Positions 39,706 through 51,527 of a stretch of 57,352 nt of DNA are shown in pieces; position 1 is the first letter of the stretch, and each line of letters begins with the position of its first letter. The position numbers and the translations under genes were made by a program. Below the pieces are notes generated by a model. The model was not told the DNA's origin. It saw nothing but the letters and a program-made list of their open reading frames with translations, and did not search any database. The stretch is from an uncultured Bacilli bacterium (GTDB lineage: Bacteria > Bacillota_I > Bacilli_A > RF39 > UBA660), in contig CALVRX010000013.1 of NCBI GenBank assembly GCA_944358815.1, forward strand, positions 1-57,352, given 5' to 3'.

Positions 39706-41436
39706 TTACTGTATATCTCCAGTATCAGTTGTTTCTGTATCTGTGTCAACTTGTGGCGTAGCAGGTGTTTCCGGATTTTTCACAACCTTTATTCTTAAAT
39801 TAGCTCCTTTACTAACTTTACTACCAGCCTGCATATTTTGATATGTTACCGCACCATTAGACTTACTACTATCTTCGACATAAGTCACATTTAAAGTAAG
39901 ACCATTATCATCACAAAACTTTTTAACATCCGCCTCAGTATAAGTTCCATCAGTAAAATTAGGATAACTAACATAAATACTTGGTACTGTTAAAATAATC
40001 GTATCATCCTTACCTAATTTTGTTCCAGCTTCAACATTTTGTCCTACAATAACACCTTCTTCATAATTTTCTGTATTAGCTACTGATTTATAATCACGCT
40101 CGACATTTATACCAGCTTTTTCTAGTTCTTCCTTAACATCATCATATTTTTCACCAGTATAATCTTCAATTGTTATCTTATCAGAACCTGTTGAAATAAC
40201 CAATGAAACCTCAGACCCTTCTTTTATACTCTCGCCAATTTCTGGATCAGTTCCAATAACTTTTCCTTTTTCAACATCATCGCTAGCTTCCTTTTTCCTC
40301 TTGCCAGCCACTTCTAATCCCTTATCTTCCAACGTACTCTCAGCTTGTTTCACAGTCATTCCTTTAACATCTGGAATATCAATATATGGTTTTTCGGAAA
40401 TCTTAGGCCATAATATAAAGACAAAAATCAAAGCTGCAATTAAAACTCCAACAATAGATGCTACAATAATTAATGCCTTATTCATTCGCTTATCGCTTTT
40501 ATTTTCTTCTTTAGTCGCACTTCTTGACACTCTACCTTGTTTATTACCCTTGCTATCGTCGTCAAAACCTTTTTCCGGATATTTATATACTACCTTTGGT
40601 TCATTAAAACGCTCCTTATCCAAAGCCGTTTTTAAATCATCATGCATTTCCCAAGCTGAATCATAACGATTTTTAGGATTTTTAGCAGCAGCTCTTAAAA
40701 TAATATTTTCTATAGACTGTGGCATTTCTGGATCATACTCACAAATACTTGGAATTGGCTCATTCATGTGTTTAATTGCCACTTCTACAGGATTATCCCC
40801 TCTAAAAGGCACATGACCGGTAACTAATTCATACATCAAAATGCCTAATGAATATATATCACTTTTAACCGTTGCTGCTCCTCCATTAGCTTGCTCAGGT
40901 GGTATATAATAAACTGTTCCCATCACACTATTAGTTTGTGTAAATTCTCCGGCATTTAAAGCTACCGCAATACCAAAATCCATTATCTTAACTCTACCAT
41001 CTTCTAAAATAATAACATTTTGTGGTTTAATATCGCGGTGAATAATATAACTTTCATGGGCATGTGCTACTGCGCTTGTAAGCTGAAGCATAATATCTAC
41101 CACTTCTGGTAAAGTAAGACTTCCCCTTTTTTTAATTAACTGTTTCAAAGTAAGACCTTGAACATATTCCATTACTATAAAATATTTACCGTTATCTTCT
41201 CCAACATCGTAAACTTCAACAATATTAGGATCATTTAAAGAACTAGCTGAAATAGCCTCTCTTTGGAAACGTCTAACAAACTTTTCATCTTCAGCTAAAT
41301 CACCTCTTAAAATCTTTACGGCTACTTTTCTATCTAAAATAGTATCTTGTGCTAAATAAACATTAGCCATTCCACCTTCGCCAATTGATCTAATAATTTC
41401 ATAACGGTCGTTAATTAATTGTCCCCTAGTTATCAT
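39706..41436 (-). CDS. prkC: PASTA-domain Ser/Thr kinase
   Basis: GEGGMANV, HRDIKPQN, DFGIA, TM, three PASTA repeats. Confidence 0.95.
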   Translation of the reverse strand: MITRGQLINDRYEIIRSIGEGGMANVYLAQDTILDRKVAVKILRGDLAEDEKFVRRFQREAISASSLNDPNIVEVYDVGEDNGKYFIVMEYVQGLTLKQLIKKRGSLTLPEVVDIMLQLTSAVAHAHESYIIHRDIKPQNVIILEDGRVKIMDFGIAVALNAGEFTQTNSVMGTVYYIPPEQANGGAATVKSDIYSLGILMYELVTGHVPFRGDNPVEVAIKHMNEPIPSICEYDPEMPQSIENIILRAAAKNPKNRYDSAWEMHDDLKTALDKERFNEPKVVYKYPEKGFDDDSKGNKQGRVSRSATKEENKSDKRMNKALIIVASIVGVLIAALIFVFILWPKISEKPYIDIPDVKGMTVKQAESTLEDKGLEVAGKRKKEASDDVEKGKVIGTDPEIGESIKEGSEVSLVISTGSDKITIEDYTGEKYDDVKEELEKAGINVERDYKSVANTENYEEGVIVGQNVEAGTKLGKDDTIILTVPSIYVSYPNFTDGTYTEADVKKFCDDNGLTLNVTYVEDSSKSNGAVTYQNMQAGSKVSKGANLRIKVVKNPETPATPQVDTDTETTDTGDIQ

Positions 41437-42170
41437 CTATTTTCCTCCTTTTGCAAATATGCAACTGATATATTATCTGTTCCACCTCGATTATTAGCTT
41501 TATTAATTAACTTTTGTACTTTAGCATCAATATCTAAATCACTATCTAAAACCGCTTCAATCTGTCTTTCATCAAGCATATTAGTAAGTCCATCACTACA
41601 AAGCAAAATGCCACTTACATCCCTTTCTACATCAAAAACATCCATCTCCACAGATATATTCGCACCAAGTGCTCGCATAAGCACATTTTTCCTTGGATGA
41701 TCTTTTGCCTCTTCTTCAGTAATTTCGCCAGATTTCACTAATAAATTCACTAAAGTATGATCGTTTGTGATCTTATATATTTTTTTATCCTTAATAACAA
41801 AACCAGAAGAATCACCAATATTACCAAACAATAAAAAATCATCAGTTAAAAGTGCCATAACAATCGTCGTACCCATACCAACACTTTCCGGATTATCCTC
41901 CGTATATTTATATAAAAGCATATTCGCTTCACTAACAATTTCCTTTAAAAAATCAATTGCCTCATCCTTATTTCCAACACTAGATGAATCGACAAATCTT
42001 TTACCTATATGTGTAATAGCAATTGATGAAGCAATCTCTCCACCTTTATGACCACCCATACCGTCAGCCACTGCCATTAAAATTTCTCCAGCCTCATTTT
42101 TTACAATTGTTACACTGTCTTCATTATGATCTCGGACTTGTCCAGGATCGGTTAAATATGAAAATTCCAT
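41433..42170 (-). CDS. prpC: PP2C Ser/Thr phosphatase
   Basis: RDHNED, VADGMGGH, MGTT, CSDGL, GGTDNI. Confidence 0.95.
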   Translation of the reverse strand: MEFSYLTDPGQVRDHNEDSVTIVKNEAGEILMAVADGMGGHKGGEIASSIAITHIGKRFVDSSSVGNKDEAIDFLKEIVSEANMLLYKYTEDNPESVGMGTTIVMALLTDDFLLFGNIGDSSGFVIKDKKIYKITNDHTLVNLLVKSGEITEEEAKDHPRKNVLMRALGANISVEMDVFDVERDVSGILLCSDGLTNMLDERQIEAVLDSDLDIDAKVQKLINKANNRGGTDNISVAYLQKEENR

Positions 42171-43192
42171 TATTCTCCCTCCTCAAAGTTACTACGTAAT
42201 TGCCCGCAAGCCGCACTTACTTCACTACCGAATTCCTTGCGTACCGTCACATTAATTTTATTTTTCTTTAAAATATCATAAAAATGAATTATTTTATCTC
42301 TATCTGTTTTTTTAAACTCTATATGACTAGTTTCATTATAAGGAATTAAATTCACATAAGCAACCATTCCTTTAAGTAAATGAGCTAGTTCCAACGCACA
42401 CTCATCACTATCATTAACATCTTTTAGCATAATATATTCAAAAGTAACTTTTCTATTATTTACCTTCAAATAATCTTTCACAGCTCTAATGACTTCTTTA
42501 AGCGGATATACTTTATTAATTTTCATAAGTTTACTACGCAGCTCATCATTAGGAGCATGCAAACTTATAGCTAAGTTCACTTGCCGTTTTTCTTTAGTAA
42601 ACTTCCTAATCTTTGGCACAATCCCACATGTTGACACTGTAATATGCCTAGCTCCAATAGCTATACCATAATCACTATTAATAATATCAATAAACTTCAT
42701 AACATTATCATAATTATCAAATGGTTCTCCAATTCCCATTAAAACCACATGTGAGATTCTAATATCTAAATTATCTTCTACCATTAAAATCTGCAGTACC
42801 ATCTCATAAGTCTCTAAATTACGAACTTTTTTTAAACGTCCACTTTCGCAAAAAGCACATCCCATATTGCATCCAACTTGCGTTGATACACATAAACTGT
42901 TGCCATAATCGTGATTCATTAAAACCGCTTCAACCTTTTGACCATCGGCAAGTTCAAATAAATATTTATGAACATCTTTACCATTTTGAACTCTTAAAAT
43001 AGAAAGCCTTTCCATATTGAAATCTTCTTTTAATTTCTCTATAACACACTTTTTAATATTACTCATATTATCAAAAGAATTAACTCTTTTCTTATAAAGC
43101 CAATCATATACCTGTCTAGCTTTAAATTTCTTTTCGCCAATATCTTCAAAATATAATTCCAATTCTTTAAGAGTCTTGCCATATATGTTCAT
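42170..43192 (-). CDS. rlmN: 23S rRNA/tRNA m2A methyltransferase
   Basis: CVSTQVGCNMGCAFC, MGIGEP, SLHA, AACGQL. Confidence 0.95.
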   Translation of the reverse strand: MNIYGKTLKELELYFEDIGEKKFKARQVYDWLYKKRVNSFDNMSNIKKCVIEKLKEDFNMERLSILRVQNGKDVHKYLFELADGQKVEAVLMNHDYGNSLCVSTQVGCNMGCAFCESGRLKKVRNLETYEMVLQILMVEDNLDIRISHVVLMGIGEPFDNYDNVMKFIDIINSDYGIAIGARHITVSTCGIVPKIRKFTKEKRQVNLAISLHAPNDELRSKLMKINKVYPLKEVIRAVKDYLKVNNRKVTFEYIMLKDVNDSDECALELAHLLKGMVAYVNLIPYNETSHIEFKKTDRDKIIHFYDILKKNKINVTVRKEFGSEVSAACGQLRSNFEEGE

Positions 43193-43314
43193 AAATTCTC
43201 ACCTTATATTTAATTATAGCAAAATTCAAAAAAAAATAATAGAATTTCCTTATATATTTGTTATAAGTTCTATTATTTTTTCACACAAAACATTTTATTT
43301 GACAATATATTTAC

Positions 43315-43533
43315 CTATTTTACAAAATTCATTACAATACAAATTACAAAGAAAGCTACGCCAAGTAATGCCGTTAATCTTGTTATAAAAAGCTCTCCGC
43401 CTCTTTCTTTACGATTGGCAAATAACTCATCATTTCCACCTAAAATATTACTAGATGGACTTACAGCTTTACCACTTTGTAAAAGTACAATCGCAATTAA
43501 TAAAATTGATACAATAATTAAAAGTATTTTCAT
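43315..43533 (-). CDS. secG: Preprotein translocase subunit SecG
   Basis: Two TMs, VLLQSGK, ELFANRKERG. Confidence 0.9.
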   Translation of the reverse strand: MKILLIIVSILLIAIVLLQSGKAVSPSSNILGGNDELFANRKERGGELFITRLTALLGVAFFVICIVMNFVK

Positions 43534-43612
43534 AGTATCCCTCCGACTTCTAATAATTTACCATAAAATAAAAGAAAAATCAACCATAATCAATGATATA
43601 GCTGACTTTATA

Positions 43613-43813
43613 CTAATTTTGTTTCACTTTAATTAAACCCTTGTTAATTTCCTCTAAAGCTCTGCCAATATTCTTAGTAGATTTATATTCACTTTCTTTC
43701 ATCTGAAAATACCCCGTCTCATCCATTTCCTTAGCACGCTTAGCAGCAATATTAACAAGTAAATATTTTGAATCTATTTTTTGAAGCAATACATCAATTG
43801 ATGGATATATCAT
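43613..43813 (-). CDS. rpoZ: RNA polymerase omega subunit
   Basis: MIYPSIDVLL...SKYLLVNIAAKRA...ALEEI; GGAGG RBS. Confidence 0.92.
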   Translation of the reverse strand: MIYPSIDVLLQKIDSKYLLVNIAAKRAKEMDETGYFQMKESEYKSTKNIGRALEEINKGLIKVKQN

Positions 43814-43882
43814 AAGCATACCTCCTACAACCAATATATACCTTTTTTTTATAAAAAACAAGGAAAAGCCCAAAACTTGACA

Positions 43883-45709
43883 TTATTTAACACATTCTCT
43901 AAGCCCATCCAACACAGCAAACATTGCATAAGTATCTTGCTGACAGTACTCAACCAACTTTTGATATTTATGCTTATAATCAAGTGGTAATAATTTAGGA
44001 AAAGAAGCATAAGCCACCATTGCTTCAACACCATTACCCACTTCCATTCCCTTATAACTCAAATTAGAAAATAAAGGTAAAACCTTTTTTATTGAAAATG
44101 ATCCATCCATATCTGGATGATAATAATTAAACATCTTCGCCTCTTCTTTATCATATCCCATCTCTTCATATAAAGAAGATTTTGTCTTTACAATATTCAT
44201 TAAATCAAAAACATTATCCCTAATTTTCAGTAATTTTTCTTTATATTCTGGGAAAATATAAGCCAATTCCTTTAATCTAGATTTTTCAAATGAATCATTA
44301 TACACTAGTACCATTTTATCATCAGGAATTAATTCACACATCGATTTAATCAAATCAATTCTATGGTCTAAATGATCAGGCGCTAAATAACCATAATGAT
44401 CCTTCTCTTTATCACACACCCCAGGAGCTTTTTCAATATGTAAAGAAAATTGAAATACCGATTGACTATAAGGTCGCTCACCTCTATACCTAGGAAGTGG
44501 ACATGGAAATGTTTCAAAATCCAAATGATATAACGGATAACTAATTTGTTTTATTCCATCTTTTATTTTAGATTTATTAATATAAGGTTTACCACTAACC
44601 ACACACTCTTTTTGAATCTTATTTTTCTTTCTATTTAGCATCTCACCTGGAATATCCAGCATACTCACCTTACCATCATTAATTAAATCAAACGTATCAT
44701 ATTTAATCTTGCCTTTCTTAAACCCAAAATTATTATTTATATAACTCAAAATAGAATGTTTTTCTGGCAAAATATCAAAACATAACTTACACCACTTGCA
44801 CTTAACTGTTTTTTTATACTCACAGTACTTTCCAAGTGCTACTCTATCTCCACATAAATTATCGATATAATCTTTTACTCTCTTACTATCTAAATAAATT
44901 TGATCCATTAAATCATTAGTAATACTAGTCACATCTATATAAGCAATAACATCTTCACCATTAACCGTATCATAAACTGGCTCACCATTTTCATACTTGC
45001 CATCAAATACATAATTACTATTCAAAACAGCTAAATAATATCCAACCTTCTTATCTATACCATGACTTTTTAAATCATTTTCTATAATAAACCTTTGAAC
45101 AGCAATATCATAAATATAATGACCAGGTCCACTAAATCTATCAAATAATTTAGCCTTACTTCTTTCATAAACATTAAGTGGCATATAATCTTCTATATTA
45201 ACACCCAAATCTTCCAGTAAATGATATATACCCTTTTCATCTTTCATAAAAATAGAATTTTTCTTATCACCTAAATCTAAATATTTCTTAGTCGTCGTTG
45301 CCTTAACCTCAATAATATTAATATTATTCTTATATTCATTATAAATATCCACATAACATAAATAACGAATATTATCAATCACCGCATCAAAGCTCTCTTG
45401 ATTATAAGTACTCTTAGAAAATTTAAAACTGCCATCAAAATATTTTGTAGCTTGTTCACCAGCTAAAATTTCTACTTTATTATAATAAGGCATCATTGTT
45501 TTCAAATGTTCACTTTTTTCATCAATTAAATCATTACCTTCGTCATCAAACATATTTCCCATCAATTCTGCCATCTGTTCTAATTCTTCTTCTTTCTTAT
45601 ATTCTTCAAACGAAATCATGCTATCTAATTTTTCTTTTTTAAGATCATCCAAAGCTACATACCTAGGACACCTCGTATAATTTATAAATTTAGTCTTAGT
45701 TATTGCCAT
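43883..45709 (-). CDS. DUF2779-domain protein (PD-(D/E)xK/Cas4-like N-terminus plus RNase H-like C-terminus)
   Basis: CPRY, VDI...IEVKATT, CEY...CKWC, HLDFET, VFQFSLH, YNDSFEK, GSFSIKKVLP, YCQQDT. Confidence 0.75.
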   Translation of the reverse strand: MAITKTKFINYTRCPRYVALDDLKKEKLDSMISFEEYKKEEELEQMAELMGNMFDDEGNDLIDEKSEHLKTMMPYYNKVEILAGEQATKYFDGSFKFSKSTYNQESFDAVIDNIRYLCYVDIYNEYKNNINIIEVKATTTKKYLDLGDKKNSIFMKDEKGIYHLLEDLGVNIEDYMPLNVYERSKAKLFDRFSGPGHYIYDIAVQRFIIENDLKSHGIDKKVGYYLAVLNSNYVFDGKYENGEPVYDTVNGEDVIAYIDVTSITNDLMDQIYLDSKRVKDYIDNLCGDRVALGKYCEYKKTVKCKWCKLCFDILPEKHSILSYINNNFGFKKGKIKYDTFDLINDGKVSMLDIPGEMLNRKKNKIQKECVVSGKPYINKSKIKDGIKQISYPLYHLDFETFPCPLPRYRGERPYSQSVFQFSLHIEKAPGVCDKEKDHYGYLAPDHLDHRIDLIKSMCELIPDDKMVLVYNDSFEKSRLKELAYIFPEYKEKLLKIRDNVFDLMNIVKTKSSLYEEMGYDKEEAKMFNYYHPDMDGSFSIKKVLPLFSNLSYKGMEVGNGVEAMVAYASFPKLLPLDYKHKYQKLVEYCQQDTYAMFAVLDGLRECVK

Positions 45710-45914
45710 AATATCACCACTATCATTATACACTAAAAAAGACCTTAAACACACTTAATAACTTATACTATTGCATCAAAAAACAAACATATTTGTCAGT
45801 AATACCTTGTTTTAGACATATAAAAACATATATCAAAATCATAACATTTAACCAACTAAAATTTCATTTTAAAAAAAATATGTTATAATTATATAAGCTA
45901 GGTGGTGATAAAAT

Positions 45915-46763
45915 ATGCACAAAAACGGTCGTCTTTCTAGATATGAATATCAAAAAAGAAAACGAACAAAAAAACATATCTGGACTGTCATTTTAATTAT
46001 CAGCATCTTAACCGTCATATTATGCCTTATAAAAATATTTTTTTGGAATAAAGATAACTCTCAAATAGACAAAATTAATAAAGACATAAACGCTGACAAA
46101 ATTGTCAAAGAAGAAAAAAGCGAAAATGCCCAAAACATTAACCCCCCAGCCAATAAACAAGATGATTATTGGTATTATATCAACATGGATATGATGAGTG
46201 TAGACTTTAATGAACTTAAGAAAAAAAATAGCGACACTGTCGGATTCATCAAAGTAAATGGCACTAATGTCAACTATCCTATTGTTCAAACAACTGATAA
46301 CTCCTATTACCTAAAACATGCCTTTGATAAATCTAAAAACTCTGCTGGTTGGGTTTTTGCCGACTATCGAAATAACATGATAAACTTTGATAAAAACACC
46401 GTTATCTATGGACATAGTCGTTCTAATCAAACCGTCTTTGGTAGCCTAAAAAAAGTACTAAATAAATCATGGTATAGTAATAAAGATAACCATATAATTA
46501 AACTATCAACCCCAACTGAAAACACCTTATGGCAAATAGTCAGTATTTATACCATTAAACCTGAGAGCTATTATATCACTACTAAATTTTCTGATAGTCA
46601 ATTTAAAACCTTTATTAAAACAATTAAAGACCGTAGTCAAATTAACTTTAGTGGAACCTTAAACGAAAATGATAAAATATTAACTTTATCTACCTGTGAA
46701 GACGTCGCTGGAACTACCAGATTAGTTATCCATGCTAAACTAATTAAATTGGAAACAAGATAA
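45915..46763 (+). CDS. srtB: Class B sortase (second copy)
   Basis: VNYPIVQ, DNSYYL, NTVIYGH, LTLSTC, RLVIHAK. Confidence 0.9.
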   Translation: MHKNGRLSRYEYQKRKRTKKHIWTVILIISILTVILCLIKIFFWNKDNSQIDKINKDINADKIVKEEKSENAQNINPPANKQDDYWYYINMDMMSVDFNELKKKNSDTVGFIKVNGTNVNYPIVQTTDNSYYLKHAFDKSKNSAGWVFADYRNNMINFDKNTVIYGHSRSNQTVFGSLKKVLNKSWYSNKDNHIIKLSTPTENTLWQIVSIYTIKPESYYITTKFSDSQFKTFIKTIKDRSQINFSGTLNENDKILTLSTCEDVAGTTRLVIHAKLIKLETR

Positions 46764-46797
46764 AAACTGTAACAAAATAAGTAATGTTACAGTTTTT
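46763..46797. terminator. Bidirectional terminator
   Basis: AAAAACTGTAACA...TGTTACAGTTTTT. Confidence 0.75.
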
Positions 46798-46832
46798 CAT
46801 TTCATCAAATAATCTTAAAAATGCCAATCTCA

Positions 46833-47483
46833 TTATGCTTGAACATAATCTATATTTACTGTTAAATCCTTTCGAACTACACCAGCAACTTGTACTGCAT
46901 TTTGATAAGTAACCGTCAATTGTACATGTACAATAGAACCTTTAGGTAACACATCGCCTTCTTTAATACCCGAAAGATAATACAATATTGCATCGCCATC
47001 TTTATTTTCAGGTTCCATTCTAATATCATCGACTTTAGCATCCATATTTCCTCTATTTTCAATTGTCAAATCATAAACAATTTTATCACCAATATTAGAC
47101 AAAGAAACATAAAAATTCGCCTCATCTCTAGCAGAAATATCCGGTTTATTAACCTCTTTAGCGCTACCAACTATACTTAAAATTTCTGTATTAGTAAAAC
47201 CAATATAAATATGTTCATCTTTATACTGTTGATTATTAGAAGCAAGTGGTTGTGCAAAAGTTGAATACCACATAAGTAAAAGTGCTCCAAGTGCTACTAA
47301 AACAATCACAATACGATTTGTCGTCTTCTTAGAAAACTTAATATGACGATCCTTCGCATCAGTAATTTCATCCGCATGCGGTTCCCATATATCTAAAACT
47401 TCTATTTCATCATCTTTTTTTTCTTGCTTATCATCGACTTTAAACTTATCATCCATGTTATATTTATTATTCATAAATACCAT
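46833..47483 (-). CDS. Membrane-anchored protein with C-terminal Ig/camelysin-like beta-sandwich
   Basis: Single TM, then GDKIVYDLTIENRGNMDAKV...LTVNIDYVQ. Confidence 0.6.
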   Translation of the reverse strand: MVFMNNKYNMDDKFKVDDKQEKKDDEIEVLDIWEPHADEITDAKDRHIKFSKKTTNRIVIVLVALGALLLMWYSTFAQPLASNNQQYKDEHIYIGFTNTEILSIVGSAKEVNKPDISARDEANFYVSLSNIGDKIVYDLTIENRGNMDAKVDDIRMEPENKDGDAILYYLSGIKEGDVLPKGSIVHVQLTVTYQNAVQVAGVVRKDLTVNIDYVQA

Positions 47484-47539
47484 CCCCTACACTAAATTTA
47501 GTATATCATAAACCTTATATTTAAGCAACAATATACATT

Positions 47540-47567
47540 TCATATTTAACAATTTAAAACATAAAAT
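47540..47567 (+). promoter_or_regulatory. Putative sigma-E promoter
   Basis: TCATATT...CATAAAAT upstream of AAGGAGG and the YrzE-like gene. Confidence 0.5.
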
Positions 47568-47584
47568 TTACTAAAGGAGGAACT

Positions 47585-47941
47585 ATGAAATATTTAAAAA
47601 AACTATCTTTAAACCTTTTATATACCGTTATATTTTTTATACTTTTATCTTTAATTTTAACTACTTTTCACTATTTTAATATTATAAATTATCAAACTAT
47701 TGCCATCTTCAAAATAATTATTCCAATTCTAACTTTATTTTTTGGAGGCTTACTAATGGGAAAAAAAGCTACAAAAAACGGTTGGCTTGAAGGTTTAAAA
47801 ATAAGTCTTATCATAATTAGCATATTAACCATTATAACCATACTTATTAATGAATTCACTCCCAAAATACTAACCTTTTTCCTCATTTTAATCCTTTCAA
47901 GCATCTTTGGTAGTATTATTGGCATTAATAAAAATACTTAA
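47585..47941 (+). CDS. TIGR04086/YrzE-like membrane protein
   Basis: Four TMs, GKKATKNGWLEG, GSIIGIN; next to tgt as yrzE is in B. subtilis. Confidence 0.75.
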   Translation: MKYLKKLSLNLLYTVIFFILLSLILTTFHYFNIINYQTIAIFKIIIPILTLFFGGLLMGKKATKNGWLEGLKISLIIISILTIITILINEFTPKILTFFLILILSSIFGSIIGINKNT

Positions 47942-47947
47942 AGTTTT

Positions 47948-49467
<1,520 letters not shown>

Positions 49468-49505
49468 ATATATATCATACTTAAAAAATAAAATAAAATC
49501 AATGC

Positions 49506-49724
49506 TTACATATATTTTTGCATTGATTTCATCATTTGATTCACTTGTTTTTGACTAGGAGTTCTTCCCATCCCAGACATCATAGCTTTTATCATTTTTT
49601 CATTAATTGGTGGATGTTCCTTAAGTTGTTTCTTCATAACTTTTTTGGCTATCAAAAACCCTATAATAATTCCAACAATAAGTCCACCTATAACTTTTAA
49701 TAAATCTAATAAAAATGCTCCCAT
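49506..49724 (-). CDS. yneF: UPF0154/YneF family protein
   Basis: GFLIAKK...[13 protein letters not shown]...[13 protein letters not shown]. Confidence 0.92.
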   Translation of the reverse strand: MGAFLLDLLKVIGGLIVGIIIGFLIAKKVMKKQLKEHPPINEKMIKAMMSGMGRTPSQKQVNQMMKSMQKYM

Positions 49725-49792
49725 TTTATCTGCCTCCTATAAAATATATTTTACTAAAAAATACCTTTAATAGCAAGCAAATCTTTTAATAT

Positions 49793-49930
49793 TTAAGAAT
49801 TTAAAGTAATATCTACTCCATCATCTTGGGTATGACTTTGAATAGCTACATTTTCCGATGCACCTATATAGCTTACTCCTAAAACCATTGCAACTAAAGC
49901 AATAATTGCCTTACATTTTAAAAATTCCAT
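49793..49930 (-). CDS. Small LexA-regulated membrane protein (45 aa, not in ORF track); SosA/YneA positional analogue
   Basis: MEFLKCKAIIALVAMVLGVSYIGASENVAIQSHTQDDGVDITLNS*; GGGAGG RBS; TTGACA-17-TATGAT promoter containing an SOS box. Confidence 0.7.
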   Translation of the reverse strand: MEFLKCKAIIALVAMVLGVSYIGASENVAIQSHTQDDGVDITLNS

Positions 49931-49957
49931 ATTTCATACCTCCCTTTTGACATATTA

Positions 49958-50035
49958 ATCATATCACGAACAAATATTCGTGTCAATACATTTTTCAAAC
50001 AAATGTTTGACTAAAATATTATAATATGTTAAAAT
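49958..50035. promoter_or_regulatory. Divergent promoters with two LexA (Cheo) boxes
   Basis: CGAACAAATATTCG at 49967-49980 lies in the spacer of the minus promoter; CAAACAAATGTTTG at 49996-50009 overlaps the lexA -35 (TTGACT-17-TAAAAT). Confidence 0.8.
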
Positions 50036-50062
50036 GTGTATAGAATAAATTAGGAGGAAAAA

Positions 50063-50680
50063 ATGGAAAAATTAACTCGTAGACAAACTGATGTTTTAAA
50101 CTATATAAAAAGTTATATTGTATCACATGGCTACCCACCAACAGTCAGAGAAATTGGTAAAGCCTTAAATATCTCATCACCAGCCACTATTCATGCCCAC
50201 TTAAACAATCTTGAAAAAAAAGGAATCATCAAAAAAGAAAGCTCTAAAAATAGAGCTATTGAACTACTAGTAAAAAATGAATTTGAACCCGAAAATGAAT
50301 TAGTCGCTGAAGTACCACTATTAGGTAAAATTACTGCCGGATCACCTATCGAAGCTATCGAAATGCCTGATGAATATTTTGCTATTCCTTCATATCTACT
50401 CCCAAAAGGAAAAGAAGTATTTACCCTAAAAGTTAGTGGCACTAGTATGATAAATGCTGGAATTTTAGATGGTGATATAGTCATTGTTGAAAGAAGAAAC
50501 AGCGCTAGAAATGGAGAAATAGTTGTCGCTATGAATGATGAAAATGAAGTAACTTTAAAAACCTTTTATAAAGAAAATGGACATTTTCGGCTTCAACCAG
50601 AAAATGACACTATGGATCCAATTATTTTAGATAACGTCACTATATTAGGCAAAGCTATTGGCTTATATAGAAAAATATAA
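50063..50680 (+). CDS. lexA: SOS repressor LexA
   Basis: GYPPTVREI HTH, ITAG cleavage site, SM catalytic Ser, VTLK catalytic Lys. Confidence 0.97.
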   Translation: MEKLTRRQTDVLNYIKSYIVSHGYPPTVREIGKALNISSPATIHAHLNNLEKKGIIKKESSKNRAIELLVKNEFEPENELVAEVPLLGKITAGSPIEAIEMPDEYFAIPSYLLPKGKEVFTLKVSGTSMINAGILDGDIVIVERRNSARNGEIVVAMNDENEVTLKTFYKENGHFRLQPENDTMDPIILDNVTILGKAIGLYRKI

Positions 50681-50695
50681 CATACAAATCGTATG

Positions 50696-51523
50696 TTATT
50701 TTTTATAAAAAGTACTAGACATCTTATACTTGCCATCTTCTAACACCAAAGCAATTATATTACCCTTAGCATTTATTTTTTCTTCTAAAGAAGCATCTTT
50801 CCAAGTAATCCCACCATCTAAACTATACTTGTAAGTATAATTATCTCCAGTAGGATACTCAATTACTAAATCATTACCATCTTTAAATTCAATACCACCA
50901 GTAACTTTAATTAATCTATTTCTTGAAATAGTATTACCTCGAGCATCTTGAGCCTTACATTCAATCACATAATTTCCAACCTTCGAAGTAAGCGTATTAT
51001 CACAAGAAAAACTTACCTCACCAGAATTATCAGTCGCCACTACCCCATCTTCTACATTATAACTTAACGCCTCATCACTAGTAATAGTTACTGTATCCGG
51101 AACTACTAAATGTGGTTTTTTATTATCTGTAACTATCACTACCCTAGTACCTTCTTTTAATTTTTTACCATCACTCACTTCATACTTAACAACATAATTA
51201 CCAACTTGATCAGTATTAATTGAACTAATTTGATTACCATCTTTATAATAAGATATAACTATTTTTTTTGAAATATTTTCACCATCAGCTATCGCTTTAG
51301 CGCCTTCTTCTTTATACTTTTCATTAACTCCAACATAAGATACAAAATTACCATTAAGAGCTAAAGTAAACCCATCTGATTTTACATTTGTATTTTGCAA
51401 AACCTCTTTAGCTTCTGGTCTATTCATATAATTAACAATTTTAGAACCAATCAATAAAATGACAAGCCCAATAACAATTAAAGTAATCAAACCAACTAAC
51501 TGAGCTCTAGTATAACCATTCAT
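50696..51523 (-). CDS. Membrane-anchored Ig-like (DUF5011/HYR-type) protein
   Basis: TM; YKEEGAKAID, GNYVVKYEVSD, VATDNSG repeats; follows two pilin genes. Confidence 0.7.
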   Translation of the reverse strand: MNGYTRAQLVGLITLIVIGLVILLIGSKIVNYMNRPEAKEVLQNTNVKSDGFTLALNGNFVSYVGVNEKYKEEGAKAIADGENISKKIVISYYKDGNQISSINTDQVGNYVVKYEVSDGKKLKEGTRVVIVTDNKKPHLVVPDTVTITSDEALSYNVEDGVVATDNSGEVSFSCDNTLTSKVGNYVIECKAQDARGNTISRNRLIKVTGGIEFKDGNDLVIEYPTGDNYTYKYSLDGGITWKDASLEEKINAKGNIIALVLEDGKYKMSSTFYKK

Positions 51524-51527
51524 AAAA

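Noticed and set aside
45778-45797. Possible LexA box upstream of the DUF2779 gene (CAAACATATTTG)
   Set aside because: Half-site spacing does not fit GAAC-N4-GTTC.
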